Positions 9,281 through 19,520 of a stretch of DNA of 64,000 nt are shown piece by piece. This DNA comes from Candidatus Bathyarchaeota archaeon (GTDB lineage: Archaea > Thermoproteota > Bathyarchaeia > 40CM-2-53-6), in assembly GCA_963726255.1 (NCBI GenBank), contig CAVSBL010000002.1:352001-416000 (forward strand), read 5' to 3'. The position numbers were made by a program, and so were the translations under genes. Under the pieces are notes generated by a model. That model ran no database searches. It was given only the letters and a program-made list of their open reading frames with translations, and was not told where the DNA came from. Position 1 is the stretch's first letter. Every line of letters begins with the position of its first letter.

Positions 9281-11071
9281 ATGACTACGCGACTACGGAG
9301 TCTTGATTCACGTTCCGGCCTTCTCTATCTAAGAAAGTGGACTGTAGTATCGATTGCCACTGGTATAGTTGCGGGTCTCGGCGCGTTGGCTCTGATTCAG
9401 GGGATTGATTTCTTCACGAAACTTTTCCTCGTAACGATGGCGGGGTATACTCCACCGTTACCCGGTGGCGAGACACAAGCGCGCTTAACAACCGTAGTCA
9501 TCACGCGGCCCTGGCTAATACCCATCTCCACCACTCTCGGAGGATTGGTTAGTGGCCTAATAGTTGCTAGGCTTGCACCTGAAGCCAAAGGCGTTGGAAC
9601 TGATGCCGCGATAGGCGAATTTCACAAGGGACACGCTCTGATTCGGACTCGCGTACCACTCGTTAAACTCCTCACCTCGGCCATCACGATAGGCTCAGGA
9701 GGGACTTCCGGCCGTGAAGGGCCCATCGCTCAGATAGGCGCTGGTCTAGGTACGCAGATTGCTAAGGCATTCAAGCTCACGGAGCGAGAGAGGAGAATCG
9801 CTCTTGCAGCCGGACTAGGGGCGGGTATTGCTGCGATCTTCAAGGCCCCATTGGCCGGGGCAATTCTCAGTGGTGAGATATTCTACAAGCATGATTTTGA
9901 AGCTGAAGCCATGATTCCGGGATTCGTAGCTTCAACAGTGAGCTATTCGGTCGTCGGTTTCGTGACCGGTTGGCAACCGATCTTCAGCACCGGAGTCAAC
10001 CCCATCGCCTTCACACATCCAGAAGCGCTACTTCTCTACGGGATTTTGGGTGTCGTGTGCGCCGCGTTCGCTCACTTACTCTTCAAAGTCTACTTCCGAG
10101 TTAATGACATGTTTGAGAAACTCCGGATACCTGGCTTCGTGAAACCAGCGATCGGCGGACTCATAGTAGGAGTGATCGGCATTTTCGCGCCTTCTGTTCT
10201 GGGCGTAGGTTACGGCTGGGCGCAGTTTGCTCTCAACCAGAATTACCAGATCCTACCCCCAATGATGATTCTCCTGGCGGTTTTCGCCGAGATATTTGCC
10301 ATGTCATTTACGTTGGGTTCAGGGGGCAGTGGGGGGATCTTCGGGCCCTGCGTGGTAACTGGAACGATGATTGGCAGTGTCTTCGGTTACTATGCGCAAC
10401 AAATGTTCCCAGGGACAGTGACGAACCCTTCGAACTTCGCCATAGTTGGGATGATGGCGTTCTTTGGTAGTGCTGCAAAGTCGCCCTTGGCTGTGATCGT
10501 GATGATTGCTGAGATGACTGGGGGTTATGGGCTTCTCGCACCATCCATGGTCGCTGTGGTCGTTGCGTATTTGCTTACGGGAAGTCTGAGCGTGTTCTAC
10601 AATCAAGTGGAGAGCGTGGAGGATTCTCCAGCACACCTTGAGGAATATGAGACATTAGCCCTGAAGAGAATCATGGTCGCCGACATTATGACGAAAAACG
10701 TGCAATCAGTGAAGCCAACCACGAACATCAAGATTGCCCAGGATTTGATGGAGGTGGACCTTGTAGGCGGATTGCCGGTGGTGTCCAATGCACAGTTGGT
10801 AGGGATGGTCACTCGAACAGACCTACTCAAAGTTGAACCTTCGAAACGCGCAGAGAAAACAGTGGGCGATGTTATGAGCACACGTTTAGTCCTCGCATAT
10901 CCGGAGGAAGACCTGTTTTCAGCTTTGACGAGAATGATGACTAAAGGGGTAGGCAGACTTCCGGTCGTTTCACATGAAAACCGCGAAGCAATGATCGGCA
11001 TAATCGCGCGCACTGACATTGCAAAGGCAATTGAAACACATCGTTCCACGCAGGACCCTGTCAGTGAGTGA
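9281..11071 (+). CDS. ClC-family chloride channel / H+:Cl- antiporter with CBS pair
   Basis: APEAKGVGTD, SGREGP (gating Glu present), FKAPLAGA, GSGGIFGP, EMTG, two C-terminal CBS repeats. Confidence 0.95.
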   Translation: MTTRLRSLDSRSGLLYLRKWTVVSIATGIVAGLGALALIQGIDFFTKLFLVTMAGYTPPLPGGETQARLTTVVITRPWLIPISTTLGGLVSGLIVARLAPEAKGVGTDAAIGEFHKGHALIRTRVPLVKLLTSAITIGSGGTSGREGPIAQIGAGLGTQIAKAFKLTERERRIALAAGLGAGIAAIFKAPLAGAILSGEIFYKHDFEAEAMIPGFVASTVSYSVVGFVTGWQPIFSTGVNPIAFTHPEALLLYGILGVVCAAFAHLLFKVYFRVNDMFEKLRIPGFVKPAIGGLIVGVIGIFAPSVLGVGYGWAQFALNQNYQILPPMMILLAVFAEIFAMSFTLGSGGSGGIFGPCVVTGTMIGSVFGYYAQQMFPGTVTNPSNFAIVGMMAFFGSAAKSPLAVIVMIAEMTGGYGLLAPSMVAVVVAYLLTGSLSVFYNQVESVEDSPAHLEEYETLALKRIMVADIMTKNVQSVKPTTNIKIAQDLMEVDLVGGLPVVSNAQLVGMVTRTDLLKVEPSKRAEKTVGDVMSTRLVLAYPEEDLFSALTRMMTKGVGRLPVVSHENREAMIGIIARTDIAKAIETHRSTQDPVSE

Positions 11072-11073
11072 GC

Positions 11074-11469
11074 TCACTGAGGGCAGTTAACCAGTTGATC
11101 CGCGAGCTTCTCTGTTTCCGCGCATACTTCATCAATAGTCCATTTGTGAAGAGGCAACTCGTTGGGGCGGGCTGGGTGTGACCTTTCAAGTTTCCATTCT
11201 CCTCGGCGTGTGTGGTCTGAGGGATGGGCGCAATGGAATCCGAACCACCACAAATCTGTGTTCTTCCAGATTGAATCCTCTGAACCCTGTTTCGCGAATG
11301 TTAAGCCTCCATGAACATCAACCTTTACAATGCTGTGGTCTTTGCCCCAACCCGGATGCCCTCTTGGTACAGCAACATATCCTGAAAACCATTCTTCAAC
11401 AAATTCTTGGTCAAATGCAACGAGGCATTTGAGTCCCCGATGCTCCCATTCCCTTTCGACGACGCGCAT
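11074..11469 (-). CDS. Hypothetical protein with GYV...VHGGLTF...WWFGFHCAH motif
   Basis: Motif resembles a family of unknown function I associate with phage/mobile DNA (usually GFDCAH). Confidence 0.7.
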   Translation of the reverse strand: MRVVEREWEHRGLKCLVAFDQEFVEEWFSGYVAVPRGHPGWGKDHSIVKVDVHGGLTFAKQGSEDSIWKNTDLWWFGFHCAHPSDHTRRGEWKLERSHPARPNELPLHKWTIDEVCAETEKLADQLVNCPQ

Positions 11470-11655
11470 TACAGTCGACCTCGAATTGGTCTTGCTTGCC
11501 CTTTTGCGAGTTCACTAGAAAAGTCTTCGACTCTAGATAATCATGCGGGTTAGTCAAGTAAGGTATATACTCTTGCCAGACCATACGCGAGGTGCGTTGT
11601 TCATCCTACGCGTCCCGTGTTCCTTCGCACAATGGGATTACCACAAAAGGGGTAG

Positions 11656-12855
11656 TTGTGTATGATTGAATCTTCCACGTTCCCCCCATTGACCGTTGTG
11701 CTAATTGTCATTGTTCTGTCGTTCCTAGGAGCCATTCTGAGCGAGAAAATTAGAGTTTCCTACACGACGGTCATGATATCGATTGGGCTTGCACTGTCAT
11801 TTCTGAGGATCGCAGGCGGGCTTAACACTATCCCGCTTGACCGAAGCCTCATACTTGGCGTAATTGTGCCACCGCTGATTTTTGAGGCTGCCATGAGGAC
11901 ACGTTACGAGGTCTTTAGAACTGTCAGAATGACGGTTGTGCTCCTCGCGATCCTGGGTGTTATAATCTCCGCTCTCCTTAGCGGGTTTGTTCTGTCCGTC
12001 GCCTTAGGCTTGCCCCTCATCGTTGCACTGACTTTCGGTGTCATAGTGTCACCCACCGACCCCGTTTCAGTCGTCAATATTTTGAAGCGAACGAAGGCCC
12101 CTGAGCGACTGACTACGATCTTGGAAACAGAAGCCTATTTCAACGATGCAACGGCCGTGATCTTGTACCCTATTGCCATCTCTCTGACTTTCAACCCGAT
12201 TCAGAGCGTGAGCCTATTCGCTTACACTTTTGGCGGCGGCATACTTGTCGGCTTATTAGTATCCGGGATTGCCGAGGTTCTGTATCGGCTCATAACCGAA
12301 CCCTTGGCGGAAACGTACTTCACTATAGCTGTTATGTTCGGGTCGTATGCGTTCGCCGAAAGTATTGGAGTTTCAGGACTTGTGGCCGTAGCCATCGCAG
12401 GCATATACATGGGGAATCGAACAATGAGAATCGCCATGTCTGCGGAAACACGAACAACGATGACGAAGTTCTGGGAGGTAGCGACGTTCATGGTTACTTC
12501 TTTCGCATTCTTGCTTTTGGGCCTCAAGTCCGATTTCTCACTGCTCGTTACCTACGCGCCTTTCATCGTAGCTGCGTTCGTAGTCATACTTCTAGCAAGA
12601 GTTGCCAGCGTCTATCCAATCGTGGGCTTGGCTAGAGTCATCGGAGAGAATATTCCAAATTCGTGGACTAAGGTCCTAGCTGGGGCTGGGCTGCGCGGAG
12701 CCGTTTCGGTTGCTCTGGCATTATCGATCCCTGAGAATTTTCCCTATAGGGCAATCATAATAGCTTTGACTTTCGGCGTCGCACTGCTCTCACTCATCCT
12801 CCAGGGAGAACTCCTCTCGATATACCTGAGAAAATCGAGGCTGCAGCACAGGTAG
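11656..12855 (+). CDS. nhaP: CPA1-family Na+/H+ antiporter (paralog 1)
   Basis: PPLIFEAA, SPTDPV, EAYFND, GLRGAVSVALAL. Confidence 0.93.
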   Translation: MCMIESSTFPPLTVVLIVIVLSFLGAILSEKIRVSYTTVMISIGLALSFLRIAGGLNTIPLDRSLILGVIVPPLIFEAAMRTRYEVFRTVRMTVVLLAILGVIISALLSGFVLSVALGLPLIVALTFGVIVSPTDPVSVVNILKRTKAPERLTTILETEAYFNDATAVILYPIAISLTFNPIQSVSLFAYTFGGGILVGLLVSGIAEVLYRLITEPLAETYFTIAVMFGSYAFAESIGVSGLVAVAIAGIYMGNRTMRIAMSAETRTTMTKFWEVATFMVTSFAFLLLGLKSDFSLLVTYAPFIVAAFVVILLARVASVYPIVGLARVIGENIPNSWTKVLAGAGLRGAVSVALALSIPENFPYRAIIIALTFGVALLSLILQGELLSIYLRKSRLQHR

Positions 12856-12994
12856 TTGCAGGCGATTGTGAATTGGTCAGCGATCTCTCAAACGCTCTAT
12901 TGATTTGCGTTGGAGGGGCCTTAGTCCTAAATACATCTGACCTAATGGCGCGGGAAACCGTTATTATGATCCCAAACCTTGGGCGTGGAGGAGA

Positions 12995-13276
12995 TTGCAC
13001 TTGAAGTTCTCCGAACTGACGAAAATGCTAGTATATGGTAGAGGTATGAAGCGTATTGGCAAGGTCGTAGATATGGAATTCAATCTAGAAAACCGGTTGA
13101 TCAAACACTTGATCGTCAAGGTTGATGGCGATGACGCAAAGAAAGCTTGGAAAGGAAGGCTACATTTGCGTTCCCCCAAGATATTGATCCCAGCTGAATT
13201 TGTATCGGGGGTGAAAGACGCGATTTTGCTTCAGCGTAGTTTAGAAGAAATGAGGGACAGTGTCAAGAAAGCATAG
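12995..13276 (+). CDS. PRC-barrel domain protein
   Basis: FSEL..MLVY...KRIGKVVDMEF...LIPAEFVSGVKDAILL; GGAGG site upstream. Confidence 0.8.
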   Translation: MHLKFSELTKMLVYGRGMKRIGKVVDMEFNLENRLIKHLIVKVDGDDAKKAWKGRLHLRSPKILIPAEFVSGVKDAILLQRSLEEMRDSVKKA

Positions 13277-13388
13277 ACATTTCGCATTTCTGCGCCGCTG
13301 CGCCTACATGCGACGACCATAGTCTCCGACCCATCCAAAACATTGTTAATAGACGGCCTCGATAGGCTTCATTTCACCGTGGTCGTCG

Positions 13389-14486
13389 ATGGCTACTTTC
13401 GAAACTTATGTTCTCGTGGCCCTGTTCGTGCTGGTCACGCTGGTTCTAGCGAAGCTTAGCACTCGATTTGTAAAGCGTCTAACCCAGAAGCTTGTTCTGC
13501 GGGGAAAACTGCCATCCAATCTTGCCGAGTTCACAGGGTCACTAATTCGTGGCGCGATCTGGGTAGTCGCAGCGTTGTTCATCGCCGCGGAAATCTCAGT
13601 GACATTGGAGTTACAGGGATTCATAATTGACTCAATTTCACTATTTCTAAGTGTGAACGCTGGTCGCATTGGTGTAATGCTGATCATAGTGATCGGCGGC
13701 TACGTAGTTCTTAGGATTTTTGGCATTGTCTTCTCTGAGTATCGGAGACATACGAAGCTTGCTCCGATGACTGTCGACCTCTTCCAAAGCGTCGCGCGAT
13801 ACTTGGTTTACGCAATAATCGCTGTAATGTTGCTCACGAATCTATTGGTAATGGCTGGCCTGCAGACCCTCGCCGGGACACTGGTGACACTATTCGCAGT
13901 CTTTATTGGGTTAGTGGTTTCGTTCGCGGCCACCGGGTCTATTGGAAATGCTCTCTCGGGTCTAGTGGTCATGTCGTGGCGTCCTTACAAGGATGGCGAT
14001 CGAGTTGAGGTGGGAGGCAGCGTTTATGGAGACGTGCTAGAGGTGGACGTAATGTTCACTCAGATCAAGACGATCAAAAACGAGGTCGTCCACGTTCCTA
14101 ACTCACAAGTCTTAGCTAACAAGATTGTGAACTATTCCAAGCTGCCTAAAGTAATAGTGCACCAAGAGGTCACGATTAGTTATGACGTCCCCCATGCGCA
14201 TGTTGAGCAGCTGCTGCTGGACGCGGTTGACGTAAACGATGGTCTTCTTGCCGAGCCCAAACCATTTGTACTAATCAGGAATCTGGACAATAATTATGTA
14301 GCATACGAAATCAATGCGTACACTGATAAACCAAACGAGCTGATCACGACATATTCAAGGCTGATGCAGAGAATTCTAGACAGATTCAATGAAGCGGGCG
14401 TGGAAATCTTATCGCCACAGCATGTTGCGGTTCGCAGATCAAACCTCACGATCAACAAAGCACGTAAAAACATGAAACGCAAATGA
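13389..14486 (+). CDS. mscS: Small-conductance mechanosensitive channel
   Basis: GNALSG, RPYKDGDRVEV, VHVPNS, IVNYS, EPKPFV, FNEAGVEILSP. Confidence 0.92.
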   Translation: MATFETYVLVALFVLVTLVLAKLSTRFVKRLTQKLVLRGKLPSNLAEFTGSLIRGAIWVVAALFIAAEISVTLELQGFIIDSISLFLSVNAGRIGVMLIIVIGGYVVLRIFGIVFSEYRRHTKLAPMTVDLFQSVARYLVYAIIAVMLLTNLLVMAGLQTLAGTLVTLFAVFIGLVVSFAATGSIGNALSGLVVMSWRPYKDGDRVEVGGSVYGDVLEVDVMFTQIKTIKNEVVHVPNSQVLANKIVNYSKLPKVIVHQEVTISYDVPHAHVEQLLLDAVDVNDGLLAEPKPFVLIRNLDNNYVAYEINAYTDKPNELITTYSRLMQRILDRFNEAGVEILSPQHVAVRRSNLTINKARKNMKRK

Positions 14487-14498
14487 CTTGGGGATCGG

Positions 14499-15131
14499 AT
14501 GCCTCAGACTTCGAAAGTTCGTAGTCCTCGCCCTAGGATTGAAGGACTCGCTGACCTTGTTTTCGGACTATCCCTCGGCTTAGGCTCTCTATCTCTAGTC
14601 GTAAGTCCACCGAGCAGTATTTCTGAAGTTAACAGTCACATATTGATTTTTGTCTTCACGTTCTTGATCCTGATTACTATATGGATTAACTACACAGCTT
14701 CCATGTCCGTGTTGCCAGTCGAGACGAGGCTGGTCATAGTGCTTAATGTTATGGTGCTGCTTTTAGTGGCACTTGTTCCGTTCCTGTTGAATGCCGTGGA
14801 GCTCTCCAATGGTTCACTTACGGTGGCGAGAAACCTTGAAATCCGCAACTATGCCGCCACACTATTTACCATCGATCTCTTCGGACTGCTGCTAATACTT
14901 GGATTGTTCTACCAAATCCTGGAGCAGAACGAAGCAAAATTGCGTGGCTCACAACTGTTGAGGCTTTACAAAAACGGCCGAAATCTAATGTTGATCTTGG
15001 CCGGAATCATGCTCCTCTCAGCCGCGCCTATCTTCTCCGAAACCATTCTGGGCAACCCAGTAAGGGTGTACCTATGGTACGTCCCGATCATACTTTTTTG
15101 GCTGAGACGATTAACTGGATTTCGTTTCTAG
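14499..15131 (+). CDS. TMEM175-family (DUF1211) K+ channel-like protein
   Basis: RIEGLADLVFGL resembles RLEAFSDGVFAI; TF.I...W..Y and LN...L..V..VPF segments; about 6 TM. Confidence 0.78.
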   Translation: MPQTSKVRSPRPRIEGLADLVFGLSLGLGSLSLVVSPPSSISEVNSHILIFVFTFLILITIWINYTASMSVLPVETRLVIVLNVMVLLLVALVPFLLNAVELSNGSLTVARNLEIRNYAATLFTIDLFGLLLILGLFYQILEQNEAKLRGSQLLRLYKNGRNLMLILAGIMLLSAAPIFSETILGNPVRVYLWYVPIILFWLRRLTGFRF

Positions 15132-15236
15132 GTAGTGTACCCCAATGCTTGCATTTGGTAGATGGCCGTTGGGTAGTTGATTAGCCCCACAAATCTGCGC
15201 AAAGGGATTTCCCGTTTGCTGGTTCGGGTCGGGCAT

Positions 15237-15566
15237 TTAGCTAACGGTTTTGCATGAATATTCAGCCGTTCTTGAGTCGTCCTTGACGGTGTATGAAAAT
15301 TCGTAGATTAAATTCAAGAGGGGTAAGTGAACATGGGGTAAGGTGCATACCCACGTTCCATTCGCCCGCCGAACACATTTCATTTCATTCAGATTCAATT
15401 CGCCGCGATCGAGAGCCCGAACTCCGGCAGTATGCTCCGCGTCAGCATGCGATTCTTTGAATGCCGCGATGGCGCTTTCAACTGCTTCCTTTTCAGATAT
15501 CAATCTCATACGCCATCGGTCCCTAGTCTCAGCGATGCTTTGAAGGTTTGGATTGAGCGTCGTCAT
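15237..15566 (-). CDS. Hypothetical protein
   Basis: 109 aa ATG-started ORF in otherwise empty space. Confidence 0.45.
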   Translation of the reverse strand: MTTLNPNLQSIAETRDRWRMRLISEKEAVESAIAAFKESHADAEHTAGVRALDRGELNLNEMKCVRRANGTWVCTLPHVHLPLLNLIYEFSYTVKDDSRTAEYSCKTVS

Positions 15567-15876
15567 CTGCTATTCGTTGCTCCCCAGCGCCTTATCGAGA
15601 TTGACTGGTGCGCTGAGTATCGCGAAGTGAATGCTGGGGGTAAGTTGCCCAGTGCGTTCCCTCAAGACGCGCAGGTCCTTTGGAGTGGGCTTAGGTAGGA
15701 CATTTCGGGGTCGCTAGAATCCTCGAGAGCTCTTTTGTAACTCACCGAAATTCATCGGTCAGTCACGACGTTTTGCCGATCACCGCCTCGCTTTCTTAGC
15801 GTAATTGTCTTAAGTGCAGGACTGTCTGGGTGAGCGTGGAATTCCAGAACAACGTATCCAATTGGAGAAGAAACGA

Positions 15877-16839
15877 TTGAAGAAGATAGCCGTGGTCACA
15901 ACGGGCGGAGACGCGCCTGGTATGAATGCTGCCATCCGAGGCGTTGTCCGAATCGCCTCTTCAAAGAAGTTTCGAGTTCTGGGATTCAGGAGAGGATGGG
16001 AGGGCTTGATTACAAATACGTTTACACCTTTGACTCCTCGATCAGTTGGAGGCATTCTACACGAAGGTGGTACAATGCTGCATACATCAAGATGTCCGGA
16101 GTTCGAGAAGAAGGAAGGGATCAAGAAAGCTACAGAAACCCTCGTATCGAATCATATTGATGGACTGGTAGTCATAGGCGGTAACGGCTCTTTTAGGGGT
16201 GCTCTGGAGTTAAGCAGATACACGGATACACTCATAGTTGGAGTCCCTGCGTCAATCGACAATGATGTTTTTGGAACAGATGAAACGATAGGTTTCGACA
16301 CGGCTGTAAATACAGCAGTCGCCGAAATCGATAAGATCCGAGACACAGCGGTTTCCCATGAGAGAGTTTTCATGATTGAAGTGATGGGACGAGAAAGGGG
16401 TTTTCTCGCTCTGGAGATCGGCCTCAGCGTTGGCGCGGAAATAATTCTGCTTCCTGAAGTGAACTATCGAAAGGAGAACCTGTTCGATATCGTAAGAGAA
16501 AACATAGCCAAAGGGAAGAAGTCTGGCCTGATCGTAGCGGCTGAAGGAATAGGGGACACACGCGTCCTTGCAGGGCAGATCCAGCGAAACACACACACAG
16601 AAGTCAGACTGAGCATCATAGGCTATGCTCAAAGAGGTGGGAACCCAACGGCGAGGAGCCGGCTCTTGGCGAGTTTATTCGCAAACCGAGCAGTTGAGCT
16701 ATTGTCAAAGAAAGAGGGAAGCAGAGTAGTCGGATTGCAGCGTGGCAGAATTGGATGTGTTGAGCTCAAGAAATCATGCAAGACAGAGAAGGCTTTGGAT
16801 CCAAACCTACTTAGGCTGGCTAATCTACTTGCAACGTGA
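15877..16839 (+). CDS. pfkA: ATP-dependent 6-phosphofructokinase (bacterial PfkA type)
   Basis: TTGGDAPGMNAA, GGT.L..SR, GGNGS, SIDND, TIGFDTA, EVMGR, GYAQRGG; likely TTG start at 15877. Confidence 0.95.
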   Translation: MKKIAVVTTGGDAPGMNAAIRGVVRIASSKKFRVLGFRRGWEGLITNTFTPLTPRSVGGILHEGGTMLHTSRCPEFEKKEGIKKATETLVSNHIDGLVVIGGNGSFRGALELSRYTDTLIVGVPASIDNDVFGTDETIGFDTAVNTAVAEIDKIRDTAVSHERVFMIEVMGRERGFLALEIGLSVGAEIILLPEVNYRKENLFDIVRENIAKGKKSGLIVAAEGIGDTRVLAGQIQRNTHTEVRLSIIGYAQRGGNPTARSRLLASLFANRAVELLSKKEGSRVVGLQRGRIGCVELKKSCKTEKALDPNLLRLANLLAT

Positions 16840-16910
16840 AAGCATTGAGCCAAAGCGTGGTGGCTCGACCCAGTGATTTCGGGCGTATCCCTTGTGAATG
16901 ATGTGATGAC

Positions 16911-17834
16911 ATGAGCATCAAGCTGGTCCGAAGCCCCAACAATCCCATCATTCAACCACGGCACGGGCTGTCATGGGAAAGCATGTCTACCTCTAATCCC
17001 GGAGCAGTAAAGAGCGGTGATATCACTCACATACTCTACAGAGCGGTCAATGAACGTAACATCTCCTCCTTGGGTTATGCAACTACTGTGGATGGCGAAA
17101 CCCTTCTGGAGCGATCCGTGGAACCCGTATTCAGTCCGACCGAGCCTTGGGAGCAGCTTGGCTGTGAAGACCCACGCATTACTGCCTTTGAAGGAACATT
17201 CTACGTTTTCTATACTGCGTATTCGCGACGCGGCCCACGAATCGCCGCGGCTTCGACTAGCGACTTTAGGAGTTACATACGCTACGGAGTTGTAGGACCG
17301 GATCATGACGACAAAGATTGTGCTCTCTTCCCTGAACGTATCGGCGGAGAATTTGCCGCTGCTCACAGGATCGAGCCGAACATTGAACTCGCATTCTTCG
17401 ATAGCATCAAGAAGATTGACCGGGTTTCGCAAAACCCATACTCGAAGAACTACCTCAAACGCATACAAGCAAACGTTATCATGAAACCTGAAAGAAAATG
17501 GGAAGAGAAGAAAGTTGGAATCGGTCCACCACCCATTCGAACTGACGCGGGATGGTTAGTCATCTATCACGGCGTGGATTCGAACATTGTGTACCGTGCC
17601 GGCGCGGCACTGCTTGATCTTGAAAACCCTTGTCGAGTTATCGCGCGAACCCCAGAACCCATCCTCGAACCAGAAGAAGACTACGAGAGAATTGGGGTCG
17701 TTCCAAATGTTGTTTTCCCGGAAGGCGCGGTCGTGATGAAGGATGAGCTCCGAGTTTTCTACGGCGGGGCAGACAGGGTTTGCTGCGTCGCCAGTGTTCG
17801 GATGAAGTTGCTCATGGAATCCCTGGAAGGCTAA
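16911..17834 (+). CDS. Glycoside hydrolase family 130 (beta-mannoside phosphorylase/mannosidase-like)
   Basis: NPII.P, SNPGA, GCEDPRI, DKDCALFP, GWLVIYHGV, PNVVFP, YGGAD. Confidence 0.92.
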   Translation: MSIKLVRSPNNPIIQPRHGLSWESMSTSNPGAVKSGDITHILYRAVNERNISSLGYATTVDGETLLERSVEPVFSPTEPWEQLGCEDPRITAFEGTFYVFYTAYSRRGPRIAAASTSDFRSYIRYGVVGPDHDDKDCALFPERIGGEFAAAHRIEPNIELAFFDSIKKIDRVSQNPYSKNYLKRIQANVIMKPERKWEEKKVGIGPPPIRTDAGWLVIYHGVDSNIVYRAGAALLDLENPCRVIARTPEPILEPEEDYERIGVVPNVVFPEGAVVMKDELRVFYGGADRVCCVASVRMKLLMESLEG

Positions 17835-17844
17835 GCTGGAGATC

Positions 17845-18291
17845 GTGCCGGAAGTCAGTCACAATAAACGCACTGACCACACTAGCCATAAGTACTTCAT
17901 AATGAAAACAATACTGAGTGGAATTGAATTGAAGCATATCAATAAGCCCTGGGGATCATTTGATCAGTATACATTGAACGAACGCTCCACGGTAAAAATA
18001 CTCACGATTAACCCTGGCTCGAGCACGAGCTTACAATCACATAAACACCGGAAGGAATTCTGGGTGGCACTTGACAAGGGAATTCATGTCCAGATCGGAA
18101 AAGAAAAGATTTCGTTGCGGAAGGGATCGAACGTCCTGGTGAAGAAAGGATCAAGACATCGACTCCAATGTGAAGGACGATCAGCCGCACGGATCCTGGA
18201 GATATCATTCGGAGAATTCTCTGAAAACGACATCGTAAGGTATGAAGACGACTACGGTCGTGTGACCCGAAAAATACCTGGTAAACGCTGA
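17845..18291 (+). CDS. Mannose-6-phosphate isomerase, type II cupin domain
   Basis: KPWGSF, SLQSHKHRKEFW, ILEISFG...ENDIVRYEDDYGR. Confidence 0.9.
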   Translation: MPEVSHNKRTDHTSHKYFIMKTILSGIELKHINKPWGSFDQYTLNERSTVKILTINPGSSTSLQSHKHRKEFWVALDKGIHVQIGKEKISLRKGSNVLVKKGSRHRLQCEGRSAARILEISFGEFSENDIVRYEDDYGRVTRKIPGKR

Positions 18292-18451
18292 ATCAAGTTC
18301 TAGGTCCAGATATGCTCTGCGAAAGCCACTCTCTAGTGGTTTGAATCCGCGGCATCAGTTAAGTGAGATGCCTGCCGAGAGGACTGAACTGTGAATCTCA
18401 TGGCGACAAGCCGATTAAATTGTAAGTGCATGATAAATAGCGCTAAGACGT

Positions 18452-19243
18452 TTGACCATGAGTGGCACTGATTCGATATCGCAAAAGAAGATTATCATTT
18501 TTGATCTTGACGGCACGCTAACCAAGAGCAAATCTAGTCTCGATAAGGAGATGGCTTCGCTGATCTGCGAACTGCTCCAACGGAGATACGTTGCCGTGGC
18601 TTCAGGCTGTTCTTTTCAACAGTTCGAAACCCAGTTCCTGAGTAAACTGCCAAAAAGCACGAATTTGCGCAACTTGTTCTTGTTTCCAACATGCTCGGCC
18701 AGCGGTTACTATTATGACACGAGACGCGGCCGTTTCTCTCGAGCATACAGTAATCTCGTGCCCAAACACGCTGCCAAGACAATTGTTCATGCATTCGAAA
18801 CCGTCTTCAAGGAAATCGGCTACGTTCAACCAAAGAAGACGTACGGACCGGTTCTTGAGAACCGAGGGAGTCAGCTTACCTTTTCCGCATTGGGCCAGAA
18901 GGCACCGCTGCATCTCAAACAGAAATGGGATCCCAAACAGAAGAAGCGTCTGAGGATTAGAAGGCTGCTGAAAGAGTACTTGCCAGACTTTGAGATATCC
19001 ATTGGCGGAACGACTTCGATTGACGTCACGAGAAAAGGCGTGAACAAGACCTTATGTGTTAAGAAGTTGAAAGAGCGTCTCGGTGTTGACAAGAAACATA
19101 TGCTCTACGTCGGCGATGCTCTATTCAGAGGCGGGAACGATTACATAATGAGAAGCACAAACATTACGTGCATACCCGTCCCAAGCCCAATGGAAACAAA
19201 GAAACTGATAAGAAGAATAATCGAGAGCGATTCAGACACATAG
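18452..19243 (+). CDS. HAD-IIB phosphomannomutase (eukaryotic PMM-like)
   Basis: FDLDGTL, ENRGSQLTFSALG, GGTTSIDV, GDALFRGGND. Confidence 0.88.
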   Translation: MTMSGTDSISQKKIIIFDLDGTLTKSKSSLDKEMASLICELLQRRYVAVASGCSFQQFETQFLSKLPKSTNLRNLFLFPTCSASGYYYDTRRGRFSRAYSNLVPKHAAKTIVHAFETVFKEIGYVQPKKTYGPVLENRGSQLTFSALGQKAPLHLKQKWDPKQKKRLRIRRLLKEYLPDFEISIGGTTSIDVTRKGVNKTLCVKKLKERLGVDKKHMLYVGDALFRGGNDYIMRSTNITCIPVPSPMETKKLIRRIIESDSDT

Positions 19244-19520
19244 TAAAGCCTAAGCAATTTGAACGCTAATCGTGTCCATGTTCTGGATAAGAACAAGCGA
19301 AGTCAGCAGAGGAAGGCGTTGAAATGCCCAATCCCTGGTGGTGGCACCGTCTAGACATTAATTTCTATGTATTGACTCCGAAAATACGGTTCGGTTCTGA
19401 TGCCCGCACCATTAGACACAAGTGGCGGAAAGTCAAGCGTCCATAGCTTTGTTCTTCTCTGTTTGAAGAAAGGTTGACTTGAATAATACCAGCGTACTGC
19501 ATAATGCAGATGTGTCAGAG

